In this document: in pieces, positions 47,758 through 60,800 of the stretch
How the letters are laid out: every line of letters starts with the position of its first letter
Position numbering within the stretch: position 1 is the stretch's first letter
Origin: Tubulanus polymorphus
Taxonomy: Eukaryota > Animalia > Nemertea
Assembly (NCBI RefSeq): GCF_964204645.1
Contig: NC_134033.1
Coordinates: forward strand, 5,976,231 to 6,040,230
Length of the DNA stretch: 64,000 bases
Direction: 5' to 3'
The notes under the pieces: model-generated
The model's input: only the letters and a program-made list of their open reading frames with translations
Told to the model about the DNA's origin: nothing
Databases searched by the model: none
Translations under genes and position numbers: made by a program

Positions 47758-48152
47758 GATTAAATCAAAAACTATCATTTTAACTACCACAAAATTTATG
47801 CATCGATCTTTTGACATGTCGCTTTTTGAGATTATTAGACCAATTCCTGAATTAGTTGAGGTAAATTTACATTGATAATATCTCACTTTGATGTTCTCAG
47901 ACACTGCACCAGTTTGCTATATAAATCACCACACAATTTCAATGCATTTACCTTTGATGATTTAGTGTGTGCCCTAATAGCTTACTTTGATGTTTTGAAA
48001 TATTAATCTAGTTAATTATTTACCACTATTAAAATTATCCATTGACCACTTGCATGTCACTTCTTGAGATAATCATACCCTAATCGCTTACTTTGATGTT
48101 TTGAAAAATTATTAATCTATTGACGAAATGAACTTGCACCTACGGTAACATC

Positions 48153-50190
48153 ATGAGTGTCGTAGACGATCTTGAGACGGAACTCCCCCAAGACCGAGCC
48201 AGGTCCTGGATTGGAAGTCTGCCGCCTGGAAACGCGCCAGCAGAAGCTGTTGACGCTGTAATGGGTAAGACCGCTGATAATAAATCTGTTAAATCAACAT
48301 CATCTTCTCGATCCCGTCTGAACGAAGAACTTAAATTGTTGAAACGTAGACACGAACTTGTCCGTAAACGATTAGCGTTGGAGCAAGAGCTAGACCTCTT
48401 GGCTAAGATAAACACGGAACTTGCCGAACATGAACTCTCAGATACCGCATCAAGCATTGCGCCGGTATCGTTTAACGTTTCCGCACCCGTCGAAGCGGAG
48501 CCGAGCCCTCAGGTGGAACCTCCCCAGCCTGCTATTCCGGTGAGGCCGCCTAGCTCGATCTCAAACCACGTAGAAATCAACAAAAACGTTTTGACTTTCG
48601 ATTCGTTCGATATCGTGAAGGAGTTGCGAAAGCCTAATATAGAACTGACTAAATTCGACGGGAACCCCCTTAGTTATCGGATATTCCGAGGACAGTTTGA
48701 TCACAAATCGTTCGTTACAGTTCAGACGCGGCCTAGCTACTCACCTACCTAGAGAACTTTACGTGTGGTGAAGCCCACAGCATTGGTTCGGGGTACAGCT
48801 ATCTTGACCCTGAACTCGGATATAAGGCCGCCCTTCGAAGAATTCGAGAAAAGGTATGGGGATACGGAAGTGGTGGCTTCAGCCTTCATCAATTGTGCCC
48901 TAAGTTGGCAGAACATCCGACCGGACGCTCCAAAGGAGCTCGATAGATTCTCTATTTTTCTGATGGAGTGTCTCCACGCGGTAAGGCACATCGACGGTGT
49001 CAAGGTACTCGAGTATTCGGCGAATATCAAGCCCTTGGTGGCAAAACTGCCCTTTTATCTGCACGATCGCTGGAGGAGTATCGTCGCTACGATTAAAGAT
49101 CGGGGTCAGCCTATTAGGTTTGATGATTTAGTTTAACTTTGTACGCCGTGAATCATCAAAAGCGAATGACCCGATGTACGGACGCGGAGCACTTGTTTCG
49201 AAATTCAGTAAAAGGCCTGAGCCCGCGTCGAAACCTACTCGCTCAGTGGGTTCGTACTTCGTTAGTCAAGAACCAAATAGAGGTCGCTGTGACTCTATCT
49301 CCCCCATCACGGAGTCTACCACAAGACGAAGGTGAATAAAATTCGACTTGTATTTGATGGATCGGCTTTTTGTGGCACGTCCCTCAACAGTAATCTGTTG
49401 TAAGGGCCCCACTTGACGAACACTTTGGTTGGAGTGTTACAGCGTTTCAGAGAAAACAAGATCGGCCTGATGGCGGATATTGAACAGATGTTTCTTCGCG
49501 TCATGGTGCCCGAGAAGGACAGGGACCTACTGCGTTTCCTGTGGTGGCCGGACGCCAATATCGAATCCCAACCGAAGGTCTATCGCATGACACGACAGCT
49601 GTTCGGCGCCGTTTCGTCGCCCAGTTGCGCTAACGCCGCTCTCCGTCAGACGGCTACCGATAATCGAAGCTATTTCGATCCAGAAATCGTCGACTCCATG
49701 TTTCGCAGTTTTTACATGGATGACTATCTCAAATCGGTAGATTACAATGAAAGAATGGTAATAGAACAGGTAGTGGCCCTCTGTAAAAAGGGGGGCTTTA
49801 ACCTTCGCGGATGGGCGAGTAACCAGTTGGAAGCAATCAAATCGTTGCCCAGTGATCTTCGTGCCTCAACAATTAACGAAGTAGATTTGGATTTCGAGCA
49901 GGCGCAGGAACGGGCCCTAGCGATATCCTGGAACCTAATCGCGGATACCCTCGTGTTTAACCGTTCGATTCCGAATCGGCCGGCTACGCGGCGGGGGATC
50001 CTGTCTGTTATAAGCTCCATTTATGATCCGCTGGGGCTTTTAGCTCCTTTCGTCTTGCCTGCCAAGGTTCTACTGCAGAAGCTGTGTCAGCGAAAGGCTG
50101 GATGGGACGATGACATGCAGCCCAAGGAATTATCAGAATGGCGCTCGTGGTTGCGAGAAGCTACCTATCTGGATAGGATAACCTATATCC
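48153..50190 (+). mobile_element. BEL/Pao LTR retrotransposon internal fragment (gag and RT), degenerate, no LTRs
   Basis: Gag KFDGNPLSY..F..(DUF1759-like)..KLP..L.DRW. RT KIRLVFDGSA..SLN..GP.LTNTLVGVLQRFR, ADIEQMF, FGAVSSP, FYMDDYL, IYDPLGLLAPF. The protease region is deleted near 49300. GC-richer than its flanks. Confidence 0.9.
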
Positions 50191-50629
50191 TTGATAGCTT
50201 GAGGGGTTTCCTCTAGTATTTTTTTCGTGTTTAATATTCTATAATAACGGAACAGTTAAATATTAGATATTCAGACGGAGTTGTAGTTCTATTAATTCTA
50301 TAATTGTTTAGTTTTAGTGCTAGAATCTAGATATAAGATTCAGAAAGTATTGGCATTTGACTGTTAACTCATAGATATAGATTGAAGACTTAACTTTAAG
50401 ATTATCATTTAATCTGATAATGAATTGCATTAAATTTAGATTATTGCATTTTTGGTAATTTTCAGAATTGTTTCCAGTTTATATTTTATAGTGTACGATG
50501 GTATACTAGTTTCCGGCTGCAAGTGCCGGTCCGGTATCGACCCGTAATGATGGTGGTTGTAACCAGAAATATATTTATGACCAGCCGGGGTATTCAACCG
50601 ATATCGTAATCGTCGGCTGCCAGTGCCGA

Positions 50630-50770
50630 GTATCTTGTTCGTCGTCGACTGCTAGTGCCGAGTGTCTGGTTCGTCGTTCATCATCGTTCGTCGTTAGTCG
50701 GCTGCCAGTGCCGAGTGTCTGGTTCGTCGTTCATCATCGTTCGTCGTTCGTCGGCTGCCAGTGCCGAGTA
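50630..50770. repeat. Short tandem repeat (CGGCTGCCAGTGCCGAG.. units)
   Basis: Four related copies between 50634 and 50769, with TCGT-rich spacers. Confidence 0.7.
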
Positions 50771-52709
50771 TTCGTATTCCTCGTTGTGCGAATTATGATT
50801 TAAGTATCACATCCGATGTACATAGTGTTATAAACTTACATTCGTTTTTGAAATCCGGCTTCCGTTTTTTGGTATTGAGGCATCCGGTCACATTACTCGT
50901 GACAAACTGCATTAAAGGATGATGAATATCCGCCGTGCAAGCAATTAATTACATACCGTAACGCGAAAACAAACGCCGCGCTTATAAACCGGCTTTCTTG
51001 AATTTTGAAACCGGAATGCATGAATATGGTTCAACCTACGCTCGTAGGTACAAAGCACACAAAGACTGATAAAGCCTTCCTCAAATTTTCCGCCAAAACG
51101 GTTCACAACCACGCTTATGGATTAGGCCTACCGAACCAATGAGAGACTAAATAATGTCTAGCCCCTGAACTTCCTTGAACAAAAATAATAAACTATATGT
51201 TCCATATGAAAAATAAATGTCTTTTATTATCATTATACTCTATCTTAATATGAAATAATAACATAGATAAGTTAGTGTTTTGGTTGTGTAACCAAACGAG
51301 CGTCGAAACGACAGTAGAAGCGAAGATGTATCAAGCGGGGCTCTACGCACTCCTACGTGAACTATGTAACGTTGCGTACATAGTTCACGACGGGATTTAG
51401 GTCAATTTCTTGGATGTTACTATCAGTTAGGCGTTATGCGTTTTCCGATTCGGTATTTTTATTAGGCGTTTTTCGAATACCGATTTCTGACACCGTTTTC
51501 GCATTTTCTAATCGTGTATCTATTGTTTCAACGACGTGTTAATCAGCATACCGGGGGACTCTTTGAACATATGAAATATTTTGAAATACCGTATTAATTT
51601 TTTGCCACTATGTCATTCATATATTTCAACTCATAAACTTTCGGAGGATTTTATTAAAGAAAAAGCCGTAAAGCCTTCAAATGATCGCACATGCACCATC
51701 GGCTCCGCTAGTGCTTGAAATGGAAATTATAGTATCTCGTACGATGATGAGTGATCGAAAATAAAAGATGAAATCTCAATCATTCGATTCTTTCAAAGAA
51801 ATTCATTGGAAATGTGGATTGGAAATAAACTGAATTTTTTATAACCTCATTTCACATGTTGCCTCTCCCTGAACGTAACTACACTAACTATGATCGTTGT
51901 GATCTGCGTGCTGGCTACAAATGCACACAGATCACATTAAACTATGGTGGCTGATTCGGGCCACATTAAAATCAAATTAAAATGACACTCAGTCTCCACC
52001 AATTTTTTTCTAATTCTTCATTTTTTGTTTTAACGCATCGTTAAAACAGGAGTGAATCCATAAGCTCGAACAAAAAGTAATTTCATCATATTCTTATCTC
52101 CATAGCTCCATGTTCAGTTTGAATATAGAGTTTAGAATAGTTTTTTTAATCATACATCCGGATATTAAGCAAGTAAATGTGCAACTAGATCCATGCCTCA
52201 AACAGACGAGCAGGAAATCAGAAATCAGTGCTCTGTGGTATCGGGTGATCACTCGGGAAACAGGAACGATCACTGGCAGCGATCACTATGAGAGAATAGG
52301 GAGTCTTGTGATCTTGTGAATGTTCATTCATTAAAAAGAACCAGTGAAACAGGAGCGAATCATTTAATCTGCTTTTTTCGATGCGAACCACCATGTCGAT
52401 CTCGACCGTCACCTGCTACCATATACGAACTTGCTATTCGCATGCCACAACAAAAACATCAATCTTAGCCGCTAAAAATTAGCCTTGATATTTATTTTGA
52501 TAGACGTCTGCAATGAAATGAAAATTGCCTGGTCTCGCTTCGGGAGCGTTCATCTAAGTTCCAGCTTCTGTAAATACCCTTACGGTGCAGGGTTTTTTCC
52601 ACAATCGATTTTCATTCCCTAAAAATCTAAAAGCCAGTACCTTCCAAATTTGAACAAACATTGATTGGTAAATTTTCTACTGTTCGATAGCGTCTGTATG
52701 TTCATGTGT

Positions 52710-52889
52710 ACACTCAATATATCTCCTGCATTGGGCGATGACCATTTATCGCTTATTCAACGTGGATCGTTAAAAATTCAGTTACGATTGGATAAAGATT
52801 TACCGACCAATGTAAATTTAGTTTTACTCGCCGTGTTTGACGAAGTTTTGGAAGTCGCTGAAAACAGAGACATTACCATCGATTTTTAA
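52710..52889 (+). pseudogene. Polinton major capsid protein (double jelly-roll), C-terminal fragment
   Basis: NISPALGDDHLSLIQRGSLKIQLRLDKDLPTNVNLVLLAVFDEVLEVAENRDITIDF* matches the Polinton MCP C-terminal pattern; directly upstream of an adenain. Confidence 0.7.
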
Positions 52890-52922
52890 AGGCGTTCGAT
52901 ATTTTATAGTTCATTTTTAAAC

Positions 52923-53391
52923 ATGTTATACACAAATCAGATTTTAGAATTAATGAAAAATGACGAATGTATAAAACCTCGATTCAAAGGTGTTTTTCCA
53001 TGCGATATGATGCCTGCGGTAAATGGTTTGAGACCCTATGGTTTCATTGTAATAACTATAATTCGTACGAACCGGGTACGCATTAGTTAAGCATATTTAT
53101 AATCGGATCTAAAATCGGATTTTTCTTTGACTCTTTTGGCAAAACGCCGAATTTTTATAATGAAATCTTAACGAACTATATGCACGAAAATTGTAAAATA
53201 TGGTATTATAACTCTATCCAATATCAAAATGTTATGTCTGATAATTGTGGTTATTACGCGATGTTTGTACAACTATTATTATGTCACGGAATGGAATATG
53301 AATGAAATGGCAAAGTATTTTTCGAAAAAATACCAAGGAAAATGATGAGATTTTTACAGACTATATTGTAAATTATTTCATTCCGATATAA
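52923..53391 (+). pseudogene. Adenain-like (adenoviral-type) cysteine protease of a Polinton
   Basis: RFKGVFPCD..P..GFIV..-PGTH*LSIFI..FFDSFGKTP..NSIQYQNVMSDNCGYYA: catalytic H, D, Q and C positions recognisable; frameshift and stop present. Confidence 0.85.
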
Positions 53392-53736
53392 TCGAATAAA
53401 ACATAAAGTTTTTGTTTTTTACACTTACCTAGGACTTGATTGTAGACTTAGTTGAAGGTGATCTAAATGACGCGTCTCGGTTGTACTTACTTTTGTACTC
53501 GGCTGTGCGTATTTTGCTCTCGAAAATATCGACGATACGAAAACAGTCTCGAGGATTGAAATTGAAGTGAAAATGATGGGTATTCCTTACCCTTATATAC
53601 TTACGTATGGTAGTTTCAAACTCTGCGGGGTGCGGCGGGGGTTCACTAATGAATGAAGTAAGCGTGTCCCATATCAGGTGACACGTTTTTATTACATAAT
53701 TTTGTTTTCTTCACAGTCTTAGAATCCTGTTCAACG

Positions 53737-54560
53737 GTGGATTTCGTCAAAGCATTTGATAAGGCACAACATCAGCCGTTACTAAATAGGCTATTAGGAA
53801 ACAGTATCAATGATAGGACGCCCAAATGGCTCGACTTCAAAATTGCTATCAATTGGTTCAGAGCAAATAAACTCACGCTCAATATAACAAAATCTGCTGG
53901 ACTTTGTACCAAACCACATCATGTAATATTGACAATCCCATCATAAAAATAGAAAATAGCCAAATCGAGTTAATCGTCATGTGCATAAATCTTTAGGACT
54001 GCTGATAGATAATATGCTTGCTTTTGAAAGTCACATGAAATTTCTTTGTTCGAAGCTGAATAAAAATATTTATCTATTAAAGTGCGTGAAAAATCTTTTA
54101 CCAAGCTGGTCAAAGCGATTACTTTATTTTGATCAGTTGCATGAACTCACATATAGCATACTATTTATCTCTCTGGGGTCCATTAATCTCAAAAATCAAA
54201 TTGATGTTTTAACCGAATTACATAAGAAAGCTATTCGTGTATTTGGTTGTGCTGAATACAGCGCACCGACTTCGCCTCTTTTTAAAAAGTTCAAGATTCC
54301 GAAATTTGAAGATATGATAAACTGTAGGACTTATCAAACTTGCATGTGGATTTGTGAATAACCAACTTCCGCAACCAATTCTAAATCTATTTAATAGATC
54401 ATAGATATAATACCAGAGCTCGAAACCACCCTAGAATCCAGGCCCCAAAAAAACTAGCATTATCAATAAGTCATTCCTCTTTAAAGTTCGTTCAATTTGG
54501 CAAAACCAACCTGTACTCATTACATTCGCTCCAACTATGAGACCCCTCGTAAGAAGTTCA
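53737..54560 (+). mobile_element. LINE (CR1/L2-like) RT C-terminal fragment
   Basis: DFVKAFD, WFRANKLTLNITKS, KSLGLLID..L.F..H, LHKKAIRV..Y.APTSPLFKK. Confidence 0.8.
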
Positions 54561-55406
54561 ATGGATATATTTCTAACCGATATCAATATTGAGTTTAAGG
54601 TACTTGTTTATAATGTACACTCAGGGAGACTTCTGCATGTAATAAATTCATCTTCATTCTTCATCGTCATCCCTTTTCAAGTGTTTTTTTTCTTTCATTT
54701 GTTCATGTTTATTTCAAGGTGTTCGAACATCCTATTGGATATACAGTCTTTATGGCTCCACCTCATTGTCTGTAACCTATTTTGTTATTTTCAATTTTAC
54801 ATATTGATGGTGACAAATAGACAACCATGTAATATACTATACTATGTTCCCGGTATCCGCTAACAAAATGCAAATGGCGAACATTTCACCGTGACGAAAA
54901 AAGACATAGCCTATATATTTTTGAATGATAAAGTAAATCATCTAGAAAATTATCATATTGTTACGACTCAAGAAAGGGTCACCAATCTTTGATCGTCATC
55001 TTAAATTTCTACGCAGTGCCGCACGAGGTGAGTGAAGTATTTAACACAGCTCGTTTAGCAATCCCGTATCCATCCTGGTTCTGAACGAGTAAACGATGAA
55101 ATATCTTCCGTAGCCTTTGCATTCGAGTGACGAGGTGTCGTTAGTTGTCGTCCATTGCGCACGAAACAACGACAAACATATCTGATAGTATTAGCAGAAT
55201 GGAAGGTAGAACGTATTAACTAAAAATCATCAAAATAACCTTAGGGAAAACGTGATATCTTAGTCTATCGCACGCGTTTCCGTGCATGTGAATATCTGTT
55301 CGTCGGTGATATATTATTTATCATATTCTTTGAAAATCAAATCAATCAAATAAAATCACATATGATTAAACAAACTTATTTCTCTATTTTTGCACATTAT
55401 ACAAAC

Positions 55407-55790
55407 CTCCAAATTGGAAATTGTAGCTCGCATTCTAATGTGTGGGTGGATAGATTGGAGCTTCTCTAAAAGCCATTTCTTGGCCTTGGTATACTGGAAT
55501 CGTTAGGCTCTTCAAGCGTTTTTGAACCTGTTCAACAGAAAAATATGAAAAATCGAACTGTAGTAAATGCCGTTTCAAGAAAATTGGCTGAATGAAGTGA
55601 ATTTGAACTTAACTTGATAATGGGAAAAGTGAAATAGATACCGGTCATATCCAGCGTAAAAGCTATGTCGTTTTACGCCTTTTGCTTTTTTTACACGGCC
55701 CCTCACACGACACTTCGAAGAAACATGGCTTTTTCGACCACATTTCCACCAATGTGTCCTCTTTCTGGGTATCCCATGCCACCGGGGCCA
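55407..55790 (-). pseudogene. MADF/Myb-SANT-like DNA-binding protein remnant (Harbinger ORF2-like), two exons
   Basis: WDTQKEDTLVEMWSKKPCFFEVS..KSKR, then after an intron VQKRLKSL-fs-QYTKAKKWLLEKLQSIHPHIRMRATISNLE|gt. Confidence 0.55.
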
Positions 55791-56357
55791 CCGTTTTGGC
55801 TGTAAGTAATTGGACTCGAAGCGATGTGTCGCTAGTAGCCGCACACTAGGTGATTTGCTGCCGATTATCGGCCTGCTGAATACTGAGCGATCTTGTCGCC
55901 GGTGACGATTTGTAGGCCGACAATGTTCGAGAGCGGCCGCGCTCTACGCGATTTCGTCAAAACATGCGCTTTAAAGGGTAAAATGTACCGATGTTTCCTC
56001 AATTTGCTCAATTGACGACTCAAACAGTGAGACACGATTGAGGGAGAAAGACATTTTAGAAATTCATAACAGTGGGAAGTCATTAAGCCTTACTTTCCCA
56101 GGGGTTTCTTTACATATGGCAGAACCGGGAGCATATGTTCATTGGCTCTCAGCCTTTGAAAATCAGACGCTTACAAATTATAGGGGGATTTGCATGTTTT
56201 TGTATTTCGGCATGGGAAGTAATGGAGTGACATCAATCTACATTGATCAACATAACAAGCCCTGTCATATTTTCGCATTAAAACACGATTTAACTAAAAA
56301 CGTTTTTCTTGAATGTGTTAGTCTCATAATGACGGGCAATTTGACGGAGAAATCAAT

Positions 56358-57299
56358 TCAAATTGTTCGAGATGGTTTTCTACAGCGAGGTAAATAACGC
56401 CGTAAAGTCGCACGTATTTCTCTACCCGTCAGTACATAGATGTAGAAATTCACTGCCCAATTCCAACGATAAATCGCGTCGGCTATTTTAAATTCTATCT
56501 GTGATTGCGAGACGTTCGGATTGACCCAAGACTTCACCCAAATTATGTTGGCCGGTAAACTTAGCAGTAAGAAAAGTGCACACGTAGCGACCACCATTAC
56601 AGATACCGATGAAGACGACTGTATTTTCTGCAAGCGATAAAACATTAAAGACACAACTATAAGAATCGTGGAGATAATCATCGCTGAGCATGGTATGAAT
56701 AGAATGCAAATAATTTGAAGTGCTTGGTTTACGGTTCGATCCGTTGTGTGAACACAACCAGTTCCCGGGATATACAGTACATCGCTCGCATCAGAAGCGA
56801 CTATACTGACTTGTACAAACATGTATACCAGAGAAAATAGTTTGGCCGTCTTTGAATTCCGTGGTCCACGGAACGGGAACCCTACGATACAAACTCGTTC
56901 TATAGATATTATACAAAGTAGGTTCGGACCTGATGACGATAGACATGAGTAAATTACTAATACCAATTTACAAACAGAATCAGAGCGGTGAATATCGATC
57001 AAAATAGTTCTGTTTACGTGGTAATAAACTGCATTGAGATACATTAATGAAAAAAGACGATGAAACCACTATCAGAAACAGCGAGAATAAGAAACAAATT
57101 GCCGTAGAGTTGTTTACGATATTTAGGTGTTAGCATCAGCATCACAATCAATGCATTACCGACTAAACCAAACGACAAGAAACATATTGACACCTGTACT
57201 CGCTACGAATGCTGTAGGATACCGCCTCCGATTTAGAAACTTTACATCAACAATTGTCAGACTTTTTAGTCGTATAGCATTCGAGTGATTTGTCGCCAT
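56358..57299 (-). pseudogene. Intronless class A GPCR, frameshifted in its N-terminal third; same family as 40439-41383
   Basis: FGLVGNALIV..LAVSD in one frame; ISIERV, LSLP and NWAVNFYIYVLTGREIR in ORF 56358-57044. ATG at 57299. Confidence 0.8.
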
Positions 57300-57865
57300 T
57301 TAATCTAAAAGCCACCGTTACTTTGTTACTTAATTCTTACCGTAACGATTTCATGACTTACTAAAAGCTTTAAATGCGAAATATATAGCTACAGAATTTT
57401 ATTACAATCCTTTTAAGCTTCCAAACGCCTAACGCATCATGTGGTTAAATTTCGATAGGGTTTTGAAAATGTTTGCAATACCAAATAAGACGAATACCTG
57501 GCTCACCATCATTCATTTGCATCTAACTCGAAAACAAATTTTGCAGAAAGGATTATTCATTTAAAAACAATTTGGAGGTTTATACTTTAGTTATCGCCTC
57601 TGGCACTTTTAAAGCAGTTAAATCTCTAAACCTCCTACGACTCATTCATTACATAACCGATTACATTCAAATTTACTTAATGTCCTTACCCCCACACCCA
57701 AAAAATATGGACTATCGGGAATTTGACTGACCACTGCGTTCATTGGATGGGGCTCAACAGAAATTTTACGTTTATACGGGCCTTATACCAGTAATTGGAA
57801 TATGCCGTTTTCAGATCAGAGGTCGAGACACCACTCATCACCACAAGTATTTTTTTTCCTAATAA

Positions 57866-60800
57866 ATGGGGGAGAATGAACAACATACAGAAAACAATAA
57901 TGTTAATAAAAATCAATATTATTGCCCATATTGTAAAAAAATTCATCGATAAATCTCAAAAATCGCGCCATGAAAAAACTGAAAATCATACAAAAAATGT
58001 TATAGATTTTGAGACACCAGAAAATTCCAATGAAAGAAAAGAGCGATTAGATGATATGAATGTGGATGAAATAAAATGTGAAGTTTGTAAATAATTTATA
58101 GTAAAAAGGAATTATAAAAGACATATCAAATCACAAAAACACCATCAAAATTTGAGTAATAATGTTTTAGGAATAGATTATTTCGATGATAAACCTCAAC
58201 AAGTAAAAAAACCAACTTCAAAAACTAAATCCATTTCAAATAAACCTTACATGGAAAATGTTAGAAATTATATCGATTCACTAGAAATAAAAGATACAAT
58301 TGAAATTTTAGAAACATTACATAGTAAAATTGGCCCTGCAGCTATAATATTTAGATTTTTTGAAGGAGCAACAATAGAAGATTATAGTAAATTTATTGAA
58401 ATAATGGAAAAAATAATGGACTTTATTACAGATGTTGAATATCCAAAAATTAGTATCTCTGGGAAAGTAAGTTTTATAAAGTCAGAAGATAAAATGGATT
58501 ATAATATTCAAACACTCTCTGAAGAAATAATTTCAAAAACACAAATAAAAGAGAAGTTAGAAAAAATATTTAATGAATTTAAAAGTCATATTGAAGGGAG
58601 ATATTTTGAGGGTTCTGGTTTAACATTGAATGAAATCATATTTTTAGATTTAAATGTTTATAATACAAAAAGGAATAAAACATCAAAAAGTAATACAATG
58701 TTTAAAAATGATTCAAACTTTACAACAGATAAGGATATCAAAGCATCATCTTATATTAAATTACCATTTACAACAAAAGCAGTAATAAATGTTTAAAATG
58801 AAGATAATAAATGTTTTCTGCGGTCGATTATAAGTTGTTTACACCCAACTCAGGAAAATGTTTGTAGAATAACAGATTACCGGAAATATGAAACATTATA
58901 TAAAATTGATCAATATCCAGTAACTATAAAAATGATTCCTACAATAGAAAAAGTTAATAATTTAAAAATAAATGTATTCGAATTAATGCAATAACCAGAG
59001 ACAAAAGGTGAAAATATTAAAGATTATACATTAGAAGCTTTATATTTAACAGAATATAATGATGATGAAAATGTTATAGATTTATTATACTATAAAAAGA
59101 TGAAAATGAACATTTACCATTTTTCTCGATGGCGGCCATTTTGTAATAAAATAATACAATTAGAAAATGATTTTGCAAAATTATTAAACAAAAATAAAAG
59201 AATAGTTATGACAAAAGAAGATGAAATTGATTTCAATTGTGCAACTCATTGTGTTTACTGTTAAAAACGTTTTTATTCATTTGATAAAAAAGTTAGAGAT
59301 CATGATCATTTAAATTCAAAATACCGCGGAGCTGCTCATGAAGATTGTAATTTACAAGCTAAGAAAGTTAATTTCGTACCAATATTATTTCATAATTTAT
59401 CAGGTTATGATACCCATCTATTTATAAAACAATTATCAGGAAAATTGGGCGCAATTAATCAAGAAATAGACGAATATAATGCTATGAATGATACAAATGT
59501 AAGAAAATATGATTTTAAACTATTAGCTAAAACATCTGAAAATTATATTTCATTTCAATTTGGTTGCATTAGATTTTTAGATTTATATAGATTTCTAGCA
59601 AGTTCTTTAGATAATTTAGCAAAAAGTTTAGTTGATAATGATTTTGTAATAACTCGATATTATTACCCAAATGAACAAGATTTTAAATTATTGAGATATA
59701 AAGGCGCAATTCCTTATTCATTTTATAAAACACATGATGATTTTAATGTAACAGAATTATTAAAAGATCAATTTATGATCAATTAAAAGAGGAGTATGTG
59801 ACAGATGAAGTGTTTAATAGAACATTAAATATTTGGAATCACTCTAAGATAGAAAATCATGGTGAATTAGTAGATTTATACTTAAAATCAGATGTTATGA
59901 TATTGACATATTTGAAAAATTTAGAGAAGTTAATTTGAATCATTTTAATGTTGATCCTTGTTATTGGTACTCTAGTCCTGGTTTAACCTGGTTTAGCCCA
60001 ACTGTTCACATGGCCAAAAAGGACAGAATTTCAGTCCCAGATGATTTACCGATAACATCAGTCTAATAATGCTACCTATTAACGAGTATTATCTACCCTA
60101 TACTTATTCATCATCGACATTTTTAATAATAAAAAATGTCAATACTTTGATGTAAACTCTACTGTAGAGTTTGAAAAGCAACATTTTTTCAATCTGTGCT
60201 TTAAACATTCGTAGTTGTAACAGAAATTTTGATACATTTTCATATTTTTTGAGCAATTTAAAAACTAACTTTTCTATTTTCGGGTTAACCGAAACCTGGA
60301 CTAGCGAACTTCATGATAATGGCAGGCTGTATAATCTCCCAGGTATGAAAAGTGTTTTTAAGTGTAGAAAAAATTGTCAGGGAGGAGGTTTGGCCCTATT
60401 TTTCAAAGAAAGTTTTAATGTGAAACTTAGACCAGATCTATCCGAGGATAGAAATACTTTTGAATGTCTATTTATTGAATTGATTCTTGAAAAAAAAATT
60501 AATTAATTGGTCTGATCTATCGACCACCCGGACAAAGCATAAATGGCTTTAATAATGAATTAATTCCACTTTTAGTGAAACTTAATAGAGAAGACAAAGT
60601 ATGCTATCTTATGGGCGATTTCAATATCGATTTACTACAAGTTAACGCCCACAGACCAACTGATAACTATTTAGAAAATATGACTTCATTTGGGTTCATT
60701 CCATTAGTTGATAAACCTACAAGAATCACTCCCACATCCTCGACGCTTATAGATAATATTTTTTGTAACGACATTCGCCATGTGTTTAGTACGGGTATTA

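Noticed and set aside
56038-56397. 119-aa plus-strand ORF
   Set aside because: Non-ATG start, no recognisable motif, and it overlaps the GPCR 3' end in antisense.
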